NCBI RefSeq assembly: GCF_035084215.1
Contig: NC_090337.1
Location: 11,718,001 to 11,782,000, forward strand
DNA length: 64,000 bases
Direction: 5' to 3'
Source of the DNA: Heptranchias perlo
Taxonomy: Eukaryota
In this document: one piece after another, positions 51,968 to 64,000 of the stretch
How the letters are laid out: the number at the start of each line of letters is the position of its first letter
Numbering within the stretch: position 1 is the stretch's first letter
Notes under the pieces: generated by a model
Told to the model about the DNA's origin: nothing
Database searches by the model: none
What the model saw: the letters and a program-made list of their open reading frames with translations, nothing else
Made by a program: the position numbers and the translations under genes

Positions 51968-52737
51968 ATGAATACGAGCACAGATTCTCCCAACACCACC
52001 AACTGCAGAGACTTGCGCAATCCCACAGTGACAAAGGCGGTCCTTCCACTCTGAGCATAATATTCCTCGGCCTGATCAGTTTTGACAGGTATCTGAAAAT
52101 TGTACAGCCCAGTAAAAGACTCACTGTGCAAAAGGTCACATTTGCCAAGGTCATATGTGCGAGTTGCTGGGTCCTCATGACGGGCTTTGCGCTACCAAGC
52201 ATCATTTTGACAAACAAAATCCCAACAGAGAAAACTGCGGCACGGTGTCTGCAGTTGAAAAGTAAACTGGGTGTAACTTGGCACCATTTTATAGTTTTAA
52301 AATGCAAAGTTATTTTCTGGATCACTTTTGTGTTGCTCATTGTGTGTTATTCGGCCATCGTAAAAAAAATATATTGGTCCGACCAAAAATTCCAAAAGGA
52401 TTCCAGCAATGTGAAAAAGAAAGCTAATCGTAACATATTCAGCATCATAGCCGTCTTCATCATCTGCTTTGTGCCGTATCAATTCATCAGACTCCCGTAC
52501 GATAACAGCCGACTAGATAAGAGAAACTGTACAACATACAATATACTGCATTATGCAAAGGAGGCCACACTGCTACTGTGCGCATGTAACATTTGGCTTG
52601 ATCCAGTCCTCTACCTCCTGCTGTGCAAATCATTCACTAAGCTGCTATTTAAAAAGATGCAAGTGCAACGATACCTTGGTATAGAAATGTCTAAGGACAG
52701 ACACAAGAAATCACTGTCAAATGAGACGTGCACATAA
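51968..52737 (+). pseudogene. P2RY14: P2RY14-like GPCR disrupted by a frameshifting internal deletion (TM1 to mid-TM3 missing)
   Basis: ATG 51968 reads MNTSTDSPNTTNCRDLRNPTVTKAVLPL then TGA at 52052-52054. Another frame from 52051 reads LSIIFLGLISFDRY...LKSKLG..WH...IFWITFVLLIV.Y.AI.KKI...VKKKANRNIFSI...KEATLLL...LDPVLY, which is P2Y14-type. Confidence 0.8.
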
Positions 52738-52768
52738 TAATCCAGCTCCAACAAACCCAAATCGCAAC

Positions 52769-52887
52769 AAGCTGCTATTTAAAAATACGTGAGTACAAAG
52801 AAGCTTCATTGCAGATCTGTCTGAAGTGAGAAGCAAGAAATTGCTGCCAAATAACATGTCCAATTGATCTCCCAGCTCCAACAAACC
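52769..52887 (+). pseudogene. Diverged duplicate of the P2RY14-like C-terminal tail and proximal 3' UTR
   Basis: Ungapped 130-bp-period repeat of 52639-52757, 84/119 identical by hand count; reads KLLFKNT*VQRSFIADLSEVRSKKLLPNNMSN*. Confidence 0.8.
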
Positions 52888-53369
52888 ACTGGTCTCCAAG
52901 TTGCTTTTGATATAAAAACTCCCTCAACCAAATCATTAGCTTCTACTACAAATGCTAAGCCAACTATTTACTGCACCATACCTACATGCCTGCAGCAAAG
53001 TGTCATCACAACCTCCATCAAAAACCTCAACTTGGGTTGAAACAGTTGGCTTTCCGACATGAAAGTGTTGCGTACCTCTCTACCCATCCAGAAGGGTCAA
53101 TTTTCTTTCCCTTAAAGTGTTCTAGCAATAGCTTGTAGTTTACTTTCATGAATTTTCAACACCTGAACAGATGTCATGTGCTTTGTCATTCCTTCCCTGT
53201 TCTTTTTAAGAAAAAGAGATGAACATGAATGTGGATAAAAGTAATTTGGTCACGAAGTGTGAAAAACATAACCTTTAAATTGGCCACAGTACCACCTCCA
53301 GGTTGCTATGTAGTGCCGTTTGCAATTGTTTCATCTGCACACCTTCCATATTGTAAAGCTAAGTGGTAA

Positions 53370-53770
53370 GCCACTTAGCACTCTCACCCGAGTCAGACGA
53401 TTGTGGGTTCATGCTCCACTCCAGAGGCTTGAGCCCATAAACTGAGCTGACTCTTCAGTGCAGTCCTGAGGGAATGCTGCACTGTCGGAGGTGCCATCTT
53501 TCAGGGGAGATGTTAAACTGAGGCCCCATCTTCCATCTCTGCTGCACACAAGAGATCCCATGTCACTATCTGAAGAAGAGCAGTCGAGTTGCCCCGTGTG
53601 TCCTGCCCAATATTTATCCCTCATCCAATACCCTAAACAGATGATCTGGTCATTTAGCTCATGGCTCTTTATGGGACCATACTGTGCCCAAATTGGCTAT
53701 CACGTTACCCCACATTACAACAGTACTGAATTGGTTTTGAAGCACTTTGGAACAACCTGAGGTCGTGAAG
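53370..53770 (+). mobile_element. Deu-domain tRNA SINE
   Basis: gctgcactgtcggaggtgccatctttcag...gttaaactgaggcccc core. Confidence 0.75.
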
Positions 53771-55188
53771 TGGTCAGCTGGGTGGCAGATACAATTTAAT
53801 GCAGAAAAAAAAATGAAATAGTACCATTTAGGAAAAACCATGAAAGGAAATATAACTCAAAAGCCCTTAACAGAGTGGAACAGAGAGATCCAGGGACATA
53901 GAGCCAGGGTCCAGGGATATATAAAAGTTAAAGATATTGGTTAGGCCGCAGTTGGAGCACTGCATGCAATTTTAGGTGCCCAATTATAGGATGATCATTA
54001 GGGTTATAGAAAATATACAACAAAGATTCACTTACATTAAGATTCAAACAATTAGGGCTTTTATCATTGCAACAAAAGTTAAGGGGGCTGGGATCTTTCA
54101 CAAGTCTCAAGAGTATTCAGAAGGTAAATAGTGATAGATTATTTCTACCGTTTGCCAAATTGGTAACAAAGGGACTTAGACTCAGGAATTTCACGAGAAG
54201 AATGAAGGAGGAAGTTAGAAGAATTTTTTCACACAGGGTTATTAGAACACGCTTTATACAGTGGAAATTGAGGCAGAAACTCTTATTTGAAATTTTGGAT
54301 ACACTCAATAAGTCAGACAGCATTTGTCCAGGACACACAAGTTGATGTTCGGATCGTGAACCCTTCCTCTGTTCTGTCAGGTGCTGTCAGGAGCGGAGTG
54401 CTTTCTGGTTTTGTTTCAGTTTTCCAGCATCTGCAGTATTTTGCTTTCTGTTCATTATAAAACGTTCTTTATTTGCACAGCTCGGTGTCTACCACATGCG
54501 GAATCCCATCATCACATTTAAGAGTCTCCAACTCAGCTGGAGAAACCTACACCAATGGCAGAGTTTCTATTTCTGTGTCATGTGGAGTGCACACACATTC
54601 TCCATAGGAACACATTCCGCTTGGACAAGTGTTGAGCGCTTAGGTGCTCTTTGGTAGAGCTATGACATGGTTGGCCCCCCAAGTGTGCCAGAGTTATTTA
54701 AACTCCAGCAGTACCTAAGATCTTGTAGCTCAGAAGAACGGATTCCTGCTCAGCTTTACACTGATTATCAGGACTATCCTACTCGGCAGTGCTATCTGGA
54801 GCTCAGTAAGAAAAATGCCACGTCCCAACAGTTTTGTCCCTCCAGATTAGAAGAAGTGATCCAAACTATCATTTAAAAGAGCATTAGATCAGGATTTGAA
54901 AATAAAAAATATCAAAGTATATGGGTACAGGGCAGGGAAATGGGATTACACCAGACAGCTTCCATTCAAGAACCCCAGCGTGATGGGCTGAATTGCCTAC
55001 TCGTGGCAGTAATTTCTATGAATCTGGAGTAAATGACAAGCTTGCCAGATTAAATGAGCTTGAGCAGGAGACAGTCACTTGTTGTAAGCAACCAATTCTG
55101 AGTCCAACATTCACCGTGGAACATTAGCAAATTAATACAAGCACTGCAAAATGGGTTTACACTCGGCTCTATCTATCCACTTTATAAC

Positions 55189-55280
55189 TGTAAACAATTT
55201 TACAACACCAAGTTATAGTCCAGCAATTTTATTTTAAATTCACAAGCTTTCGGAGATTTCCTCCTTCCTCAGGCAAATGT
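55189..55280 (-). mobile_element. Penelope pLTR 3' fragment with a hammerhead core
   Basis: Reverse complement reads CTGAGGA-A-GGAGG-AAA-TCTCC-GAAA-GCTTGTG followed by the same tail as 29700-29790. Confidence 0.82.
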
Positions 55281-56379
55281 TTTAACTAACCAGGGCCAGT
55301 TTGCAGGCTCATGCTTAGTTTGACTCATTCACTTACTGTCTGATAATTCTATTGATTCCACTCTCAAAACGTTTCTTGGAAATATATAAGGAACATGCAA
55401 TTAATTATCCGTTGCTGCAAAAAGATATGCATTAATACACACTGCCTCTCGCTGCACAACCACAACTGGACTAAAGACAAAAACCCAAAGTGAAAATTAA
55501 TTTTGATTTTGTGACTTAATATAAAAACATTGTAAGGAAATGAAAATCTGATTGCATCTCTTCAACTCTGTGTAGCAGCCTGTGAAATGCGGAAACAGAA
55601 TAGATCAGTGAGTAAATGCACCACCCAGTGCTGTGTTCAGCTATACAGACCCAGAAGGTCGCAGATTCAACCCTTAAGTCTGTGTTGAATTAGCTGATCT
55701 TACCAAAGTAGTTACAATCCAGGGAAGAAAAAAAAATTAGTTAAGAATTCAGATCTCAGTTGCTGTCCAGTGGCCCCTGCTGGAAAACACAGGCAAGGAC
55801 AGGAATGCTCTGATGTGAGATCTCTCACAGTTGATCGAGGCGGTTAAGTCTCACAGTCTACGCTCACATGAAGGGGCCACTTGGGCCGAGTACCGAATGG
55901 CTGCTGGTGCACTTGGAACAAACCTTCAGGCTTCATTCAAATGTTCTCATATTTTTTTCCACAATATTTTGCTCCTATTCTGTAATTGGAAGGAGAGGCA
56001 GACTGTATACAAATTTTTTAAAAGTCAGTTTATGAGAAGTGTCGCACCTGATCATACTTTGCCATTCCAACTCGCGGCCTCCATTCTGGCTCATGATTTT
56101 GTGATTACATTTCAGTGCAAGTGGTCTTTACAGGCCACCAGGATCAATAACCACACCACTGGCCTGTATGGGTACAGTGAGAGCTCAGCGCACCCACAGC
56201 CAGACAAATACAGGTTGCTCACATGCTGTGCGTGCATTTCTAAATCTCATCACCACGTTGCAGATTGGTAGTCTCACCCATGGACACCTTCTCTCGGGTG
56301 ATATGAAGACCCAGGCCTTGCACCAGTGCACTTGTTTGCTTTGCCATGAAGCTAGACAGAAACTGACTATTTGCCCCCA

Positions 56380-57340
56380 ACCTCTCCCAAAACATATACC
56401 CTGCAAATCGATGAGTGGGATTGTGGAGTATCGACAGAATGCAAATCATTTGAAAAATGAAGAACATTCTGCAAAGCAGGTTAATCTACCTTTTTCATTT
56501 TACATTCTCGAAGCACACGAAGGGGATACGAAAGCAGTACAGTTTAGGAGAAGGAGACCTTGTGAAAGTGGTATTACACCAGCTGCCTGGATCAATCCAC
56601 TAAGGTTGTTGGCATATGCTGCAGTTGAGACAATTTAACTAGTCAGCAAATGTGGATTGCACTCTTGCATGTGCCATCAATAGACATCTGGCTGACAGAT
56701 TATCAAGAAGCAAGTGCAATGATGTTTAACTGGGGCCCGGGCAACCCTCCCTACAGATGGCAGCAGTACAAGATGGGCTCGACCAACCATCCAGCTGTCA
56801 ACCACGTGATTACCAGTTTAGCTTTTGTCTTTGCCTTTAAAGAAAATAAAGACAAACATATCAAAATGAGGGGCAAGAAAAGACCAGCTGGTCCATTAAG
56901 CCTGCCCCACATTATAACTGTCGACAATTTCCAAATTGCAGTACGAAAAGCGAAATATCATGAAGCTCTGCAAGAATCTACATAGTGACGATGGCGTTTC
57001 CGCTCAGTCTTGTATGGCAGTGAACAAGAGAAATGGGACAATTTCTTGACCCAAATCAACGTCAGGTAAAAACTATGAGCGAATCCACAGACTTGGACAG
57101 AATGCCAAATTAAATACAGCTGTTTGCAATTCACTAATTCTGCACGCCAAAACTAACGCTAACATTCCAATTTTCCAAGTAACAAATTTAAGCCACACAA
57201 AGAGATTCAAATGTGGGTACAATTTATGAAAAACTAAATTGGACAATTTCCAATTTGCTTGCATAAAATTGAACACCAAATGCTCCGGCAACCTGTTGAG
57301 ACCAGTCCCCTGCAGGTGGGAACCATATATTGTCACAGAT
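56380..57340 (-). mobile_element. Decayed DIRS-type tyrosine-recombinase retrotransposon relic
   Basis: Minus-strand peptides WKLSNLVFHKL..LKFVTWKIGMLALVLACRISELQ, FLP, TAGWLVEPILYC and SIDGTCKSA are in the order of DIRS YR motifs as I recall them; many stops and frameshifts. Confidence 0.6.
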
Positions 57341-58729
57341 GTAACTATTACCGGTGTTTTTTGCGGGATAACCTCTTGAAGAAGCTCTCCCGCACAACGT
57401 TGTCACCATGGGAGATCTCCACAGTGCTGAAGCATTAAAAGGGTGATCGAGGGGCAAAGGGAAACCTGGGGAAAAAGCACAGCTGCAGAGGCAAAACATA
57501 ACAGTACGAAATTCCATCAGTACTTCAACATTAAAAGTTCGGTCAGAGAAAAGGTGAGAACCACGAAAGACAAAAAACAGGTTTGAAACAGAGGATGACC
57601 ACAAGATAATGAATATTCTGAATAATTACTTTCTCAGTTATTCACAAGAGACAACATGAGCAATATGCCCTCAGAGATAACCAAAATGACGCCCGAATTT
57701 CATCAATCTTTTGCACTGGTTCTCCAAAATCTCCAGTGGAATCCTCTGCCACTCATTAACATAGCTCCACCCTCCAAGCAAAAGTGCAGATCGTGCAAAT
57801 TTCCTCAATTTATAACAGTTCTGAATGGGCTGTAAATCTACGCCTAAAATCTTAGCCGCAAAACAACACGTCATATTTCTGGTGTTTTATGACGTTACTT
57901 TCAGCAATTTTTTCAAATTTCTCCTCACGGAGACCGAAATGTATTTTCTCTATCTTTGGATGCACCATCATGGCATCAGAATTGTTTGCATTAAAAATCT
58001 TATGAAACATTCGGTGCCTAATGTGCATAAATGATGATTTGCTTGATTCAAACTTTAATTTTCATCAGGTACTTGAAGAAGGAATATGTTGTAAGTTTCA
58101 GGTGACTCTTTACGCTGATTTCCACTTGTTTTACACCAGTTTTTACATTCCAGTTCATAATAATCAAAATCTCAGGAAATTTCAGCACAATTCACCGACA
58201 AGATGATTGGTGGAAATTTCAGTGTAACTTACCAGTTACGCTGTTTCAGGAAATTCCGGGCCAAAGTGAGAATTAGCCTATCAATAGTAATCTAGTAAAC
58301 AGCAGTCATCGTGGATTCAGAAGGGGAAGTTCTTCTCTAACCAACCTGCTTAACTTGTTTGAGGAAGCAACAACCCAAATTTCTTCATGTGCTAGCCCTG
58401 GATTTGTCTTGTGCCTCTTTTTTAAAAAAATCTCATTTTAATTGTTTTTTCTCAACTCATTCAAGTAATTCCAGTTTTCATTTGATCACCATTTCTTCGT
58501 GGGCATATGTCTAGTCTTAACACAAATCATCTCTTGTTTGAACATTTCCCATTATTTATCCACTGGCTCATCTGCCCATTTTTCTTCCCAATAACTTTTT
58601 GAAGTGAAGAGGATCCTAACTTTACTTAATATAGTGTGCCGATCCAATCAATGCCATACATAGAGTTAATGTGATCCCTCTGAAACACTAAGCAGAAACA
58701 AACTACTTATGTTCTTATGATTGTCATAT

Positions 58730-59030
58730 TGATCATAAGAAATAGGCCATATGACCCCTCGAGCCTGCTCCGCAATTCAATAAGATCATGGCTGATCTTT
58801 GGCCTCAGCTCCACTTTCCCACTCGATCCTCATATCTCTTGATTACCTTAGAGTCCAAAAATCTATTGATCTCAGCCTACTCAATGACTGAGCATCCACA
58901 GGCCTCTGGAGGAGAGAATTCCAAAGATTCACAACCCTCTGAGAGTGAAGAAATTCCTCCTGATCTCAGTCCTAAATCACCGACCCCTTATCCTGAGTCT
59001 ATGCACCCTAGTTCGAGATTCTCCAGCTCC
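58730..59030 (-). mobile_element. CR1 LINE 3' end
   Basis: gagcctgctccgcaattcaataagatcatggctgatc tail, as in the 25685 copy. Confidence 0.8.
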
Positions 59031-59873
59031 AGAATCTGTGTTTCAATAAATACTGGGTTTCGAATTTACTTAGAAACATAAACGTGCAGAAATAGGAACA
59101 AAAAAAACAAGATAAAACCACAGACTAGTCTGGTGGGTTAACACATTTCGCCTACATTTTTGATCTTAGAATGTCCCCAACATCTGCACTTTCACTTCTT
59201 CGATCTGGGTTCAACTCAATCCGAGATTGATGGTATCAAAATTTCCCACTCTCTTTAAGCTGTCAGGATCCCATGTGACATGTTTGTAAGAGCCTCAGTC
59301 CAAAGTTCGTGAGAAAATTTATCTGCACCGAGAGCTGGTCATCAATAGTAGATTGTAATTACTATTTCTTGTCTTTCCACTATGATATCTATCTATCCTT
59401 TTGACAGCTTTCATATTGTCCTTTACCAACAAGGCTACTTCCTACACCAAGCCTCATGGGTCCATCTTTCAGAAACAATCTACATTGTCTAAATCAATGA
59501 ATCAAATCATTTTTCCTTGTTTCAATTTCTTTTTTTTTTACACACACACAAGGTGAGGGCAAGACTCCCTTTTTTAAAGTATGTCTTTTCCCCTTCATCA
59601 TTCTTGAGTGTTCCCATCGCTAGACAGGCGGGCTGCTACTCGGCCTCAGTCTGTCAATGAAACTTGCCACTAAGAGGAAGTTCACAAAAAGGAATTTTGA
59701 GGTAACTCTTCCTTAGATTTTATCCCTTGGAAGATCCTCAAACTTTAATTAGTAGCACCCACCACAGCAGGGCTGAGATCGTTAACTCTTTAATGGCTCC
59801 TCATAAGTACAAACCTAAACTCTATGGGGCTCATTTTCACCTTCAGAAAACCAGTGAAGCAGATCACCAGCCT

Positions 59874-62800
59874 AAAGTGGCAGGGGGATGGGAACCGATG
59901 CAGGAAGTCAGTGGGAAGTAAAGTGGTGACAGAAACAAAAGGCAATAAGGGAGAGTGTACAAAACATGACCGGACAGATGGTCTGAGAAAGCAGGGCAAA
60001 GACCAAGGGAAGTCTAGATTAAATTGCATTTACTTCAGTGCAAGAAGTCTGATGGGCAAGGTAGATGAACTCAGGGCATGGATGGGTACATGGGACTGGG
60101 ATGTTATAGCTATTACTGAAACATGGCTAAGGGAGGGGCAGGACTGGCAGCTAAATGTTCCAGGGTACAGATGCTATAGGAAAGATAGAGCAGGAGGTAA
60201 GAGAGAAGGGGGAGTTGCGTTCTTGATTAGGGAGAACATCACGGCAGTAGTGAGAGGGGATATATTCGAGGGTTCGCCCACAGAGTCTATATGGGTAGAA
60301 CTGAAAAATAAGAAGGGAGAGATCACCTTGATAGGATTGTACGACAGACCCCCAAATAGTCAACGGGAAATTGAGGAGCAAATATGTAAGGAGATTACAG
60401 ACAGCTGCAATAAAAATAGGGTGGTAATAGTAGGGGACTTTAACTTTCCCAACATTGACTGGGACAGCCATAGCATTAGGGGCTTGGATGGAGAGACATT
60501 TGTTGAGTGTATTCAGGAGGAATTTCTCATTCAGTATGTGGATGGCCCGACGAGAGAGGGGGCAAAACTTGACCTCCTCTTGGGAAATAAGGAAGGGCAG
60601 GTGACAGAAGTGTTAGTGAGGGATCACTTTGGGACCAGTGATCATAATTCCATTAGTTTTAAGATAGCTATGGAGAATGATAGGTCTGGCCCAAAAGTTA
60701 AAATTCTAAAGTGGGAAAAGGCCAATTTTAATGGTATAAGACAGGAACTTGCAGAAGTTGATTGGGAGAGTCTGTTGGCAGGCAAAGGGACATCTGGTAA
60801 GTGGGAGGCCTTCAAAAGTGTGTTAACCAGGGTTCAGGGTAAGTACATTCCTTATAAAGTGAAGGGCAAGGCTGGTAGAAGTAGGGAACCTTGGATGACT
60901 CGGGAGATTGAGGCCCGAGTCAAAAAGAAGGAGGCATATGACATGCATAGACAGCTGGGTAGAAGTGGATCCCTTGAAGAGTATAGAGATTGCCGGAGTA
61001 GAGTTAAGAGAGAAATCAGGAGGGCAAAAAGGGGACATGAGATTGCTTTGGCAGATAAGGCAAAGGAGAATCCAAAGTGCTTCTACAAATACATAAGGGG
61101 CAAAAGAGTAACTAGGGAGAGAGTAGGGCCTCTTAAGCATCAACAAGGTCATCTTGTGGCGGAACCACAAGAGATGGGCGAGATCCTAAATGAATATTTT
61201 GCATCGGTATTTATGGTTGAGAAAGGTATGGATGTTAGGGAACTTGGGGAAATAAATAGTGATGTCTTGAGGAGTGTACATATTACAGAGAGGGAGGTGC
61301 TGGAAGTCTTAACGCGCATCAAGGTAGATAAATCTCCGGGACCTGATGAAATGTATCCCAGGACGTTATGGGAGGTTAGGGAGGAAATTGCGGGTCCCCT
61401 AGCAGAGATATTTGAATCATCCACCGCTACAGGTGAGGTGCCTGAAGATTGGAGGGTAGCAAATGTTGTGCCTTTGTTTAAGAAGGGCGGCAGGGAAAAG
61501 CCTGGGAACTACAGACCGGTGAGCCTGACAACTGTAGTGGGTAAGTTGTTAGAGGGTATTCTGAGAGACAGGATATGCGGGCATTTGGAGAGGCGGGGAC
61601 TGATTAGGAACAGTCAGCATGGTTTTGGGAGAGGAAATGTCTCACAAATTTGATTGAGTTTTTTGAAGGGGTAACCAAGAAGATAGATGAGGGCTGTGCA
61701 GTAGACGTGGTCTACATGGACTTTAGCAAAGCCTTTGACAAGGTACCGCATGGTAGGTTGTTACATAAGGTTAGATCTCACGGGATCCAAGGTGAGGTAG
61801 CCAATTGGAAACAAAATTGGATTGACGGCAGAAGACAGAGGGTGGTTGTAGAGGGTTGTTTTTCAAACTGGAGGCCTGTGACCAGCGGTGTGCCTCAGGG
61901 ATCGGTGCTGGGTCCGCTGTTATTTGTTATTTATATTAATGATTTGGATGAGAATTTAGGAGGCATGGTTAGTAAGTTTGCAGATGACACCAAGATTGGT
62001 GGCATTGTGGACAGTGAAAAAGGTTATCTCGGATTGCAACGGGATCTTGATAAATTGGGCCAGTGGGCCGATGAATGGCAGATGAAGTTTAATTTAGATA
62101 AATGTGAGGTGATGCATTTTGGTAGATCGAATCGGGCCAGGACCTACTCCGTTAATGGTAGGACGTTGGGGAGAGTTATAGAACAAAGAGATCTAGGAGT
62201 ACAGGTTCATAGCTCCTTGAAAGTGGAGTTACAGGTGGATCGGGTGGTGAAGAAGGCATTCAGCATGCTTGGTTTCATTGGTCAGAACATTGAATACAGG
62301 AGTTGGGATGTCTTGTTGAAGTTGTACAAGACATTAGTTAGGCCACACTTGGAATACTGTGCACAGTTCTGGTCACCTTATTATAGAAAGGATATTATTA
62401 AACTAGAAAGAGTGCAGAAAAGATTTACTAGGATGCAACCGGGACTTGATGGTTTGACTTATAGGGCGAGGGTGGATAGACTGAGACTTTTTTCCATGGA
62501 GAGTAGGAGGTTGAGGGGTGATCTTATAGAAGTCTATAAAATAATGAGGGGCATAGATAAGGTAGATCGTCAAAATCTTTTCCCAAAGGTCGGGGAGTCT
62601 ATGACGAGGGGACATAGATTTAAGGTGAGAGGGGAGAGATACAAAAGGGTCCAGAGAGGCAATTTTTTCACTCAAAGGGTGGTGAGTGTCTGGAACGAGC
62701 TGCCAGATGCAGTAGTAGAGGCGGGTACAATTTTGTCTTTTAAAAAGCATTTGGACAGTTACATGGGTAAGATGGGTATAGAGGGATATGGGCCAAATGC

Positions 62801-62895
62801 AGGCAACTGGGAATAGCTTAGTGGTATAAACTGGGCGACATGGACATGTTGGGCCGAAGGGCTTGTTTCCATGTTGTAAACTTCTATGACTCTAT
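59874..62895 (+). mobile_element. CR1 LINE, near-complete ORF2 (APE endonuclease + RT) with 3' tail
   Basis: ITETWL, GDFNFP, SDHN, PGPD, NYRPVSLT, DFSKAFDKVPH, GVPQGSVLGP, FADD. One frameshift near 61630-61650; ttctatgactcta tail. Confidence 0.95.
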
Positions 62896-64000
62896 TATAG
62901 AACCCACTGGATTTTCCAATCCAATGGAAACGAAAATCTGGCAGATTCTATAATGGGCGAGCGATCCACTCAACAGTTCACAGCCCAAGCGGTGAAGGTG
63001 AAAATTACCCCTTATGTCGCCATGGCTCAGTTCATTGGTGCTCCAAGGTGTCAGCCATAGCTCAGTGGGAGCACTCTCGCCTCTGAGTAAGACCCACTCC
63101 ACAGAACGGGGAACTGAGTAGTTCTGTATCAAACTACGACTCCTTTGAATTTTTATTTAATCCTTGTAGTAAATAACCTCTGCTTAACTCCTCTCCTCCC
63201 CAATCTATCCCCACCCTATAAATCAGCCAGAATAATCAGGAACTCACAAAGTAAGAATGGGGCAGGTAAATTCACATTCTATCAGAGTATTAATGCACCA
63301 TAGAACTGCCTGTTGGACTCCTGGAGGATTGAAAATGCTAACATTTTGAGGACTATGACACATTTACAAAAATTCCATTTGACCAGAAGATACTGTTCAA
63401 TTGTTCTTCAAAAAAAACTCCTCAAACCCTTTCTTTGATGAAAAAGAATTACAGAATGCAGATGTTGCAAAAATTCTATCATAGACATATCATTGAAGTT
63501 CCATTGGAAGTTTCACACTTCCACAGCCCACTGTCTTACTCAGGCTCCATCCTTGACGCCTGCTCTTTTATCTTAGTCCAAAGAAAACATTGGCAAAGGG
63601 CCCAAGAGTTACACTTTATTGGGGGACACGAAACATCATTGCCACAGCTCCAGTTTGGCTAAAACACCAATGCAGTAGACTTTCAACTTGCTGACTGGGT
63701 GTTGCGAATTGGTTGCCTGTTGAAGTGCCCTATCTAAAGATTTAAAATAATAAAGGAAGTAGTAACTTCCTGAAAAGTGCTTCAGCTGAGTAACAGCAAC
63801 CCAAAGTAATACACAAGTTTGATACAGTTGTCACTTATCATCTGCTTACACATTTTCAGTTACTCCACACACCAGCAAATGGCATCAGACTGTGCAGCGA
63901 ACTTGCTTCCTTTTATTTAAACTTCAACTCCACCAGCTTTGGATCAACCTGGAGTTAGAGTTGTGTGCTGACAGAATTATCAAAAGGATCATTATCTGGA

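Noticed and set aside
51868-52050. N-terminal 61 aa of the 289-aa ORF (MTNFSY...GGPST) as the real receptor N-terminus
   Set aside because: Starts at a TTG in intron-like sequence and has no TM1-2. The receptor-like N-terminus is in another frame from ATG 51968.
1-64000. CRISPR array, prokaryotic operon or MED12L coding exons
   Set aside because: Vertebrate repeat landscape with no repeat-spacer array; no MED12-like peptide recognised in the minus-strand frames I examined.

Overview
Eukaryotic, repeat-dense vertebrate genomic DNA. The CR1/L2 LINEs, Deu-domain tRNA SINEs and Penelope elements point to a cartilaginous fish (inferred from repeat content only). The window holds part of the P2Y12-like GPCR cluster on the + strand: an intact P2RY13-like coding exon (12075-13121), an intact GPR87-like coding exon with many P2Y12/13-type features (45296-46309), and a P2RY14-like gene broken by a frameshifting deletion of about 238 bp that removes TM1 to mid-TM3 (51968-52737). 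A diverged ghost copy of a second receptor C-tail follows it directly. The order matches the mammalian cluster nested antisense in a large MED12L intron; I recognised no MED12L exon. The rest is mostly mobile DNA: a near-complete CR1 ORF2, an L2-type LINE, a Neptune-like Penelope element, several Penelope footprints with minimal hammerhead-ribozyme cores (one is a 70-bp fold-back), nested hAT-type MITEs, palindromic MITEs and a decayed DIRS tyrosine-recombinase relic. Gene and family names come from remembered protein motifs, not database searches. Repeat boundaries are approximate unless a target-site duplication (TSD) is given.
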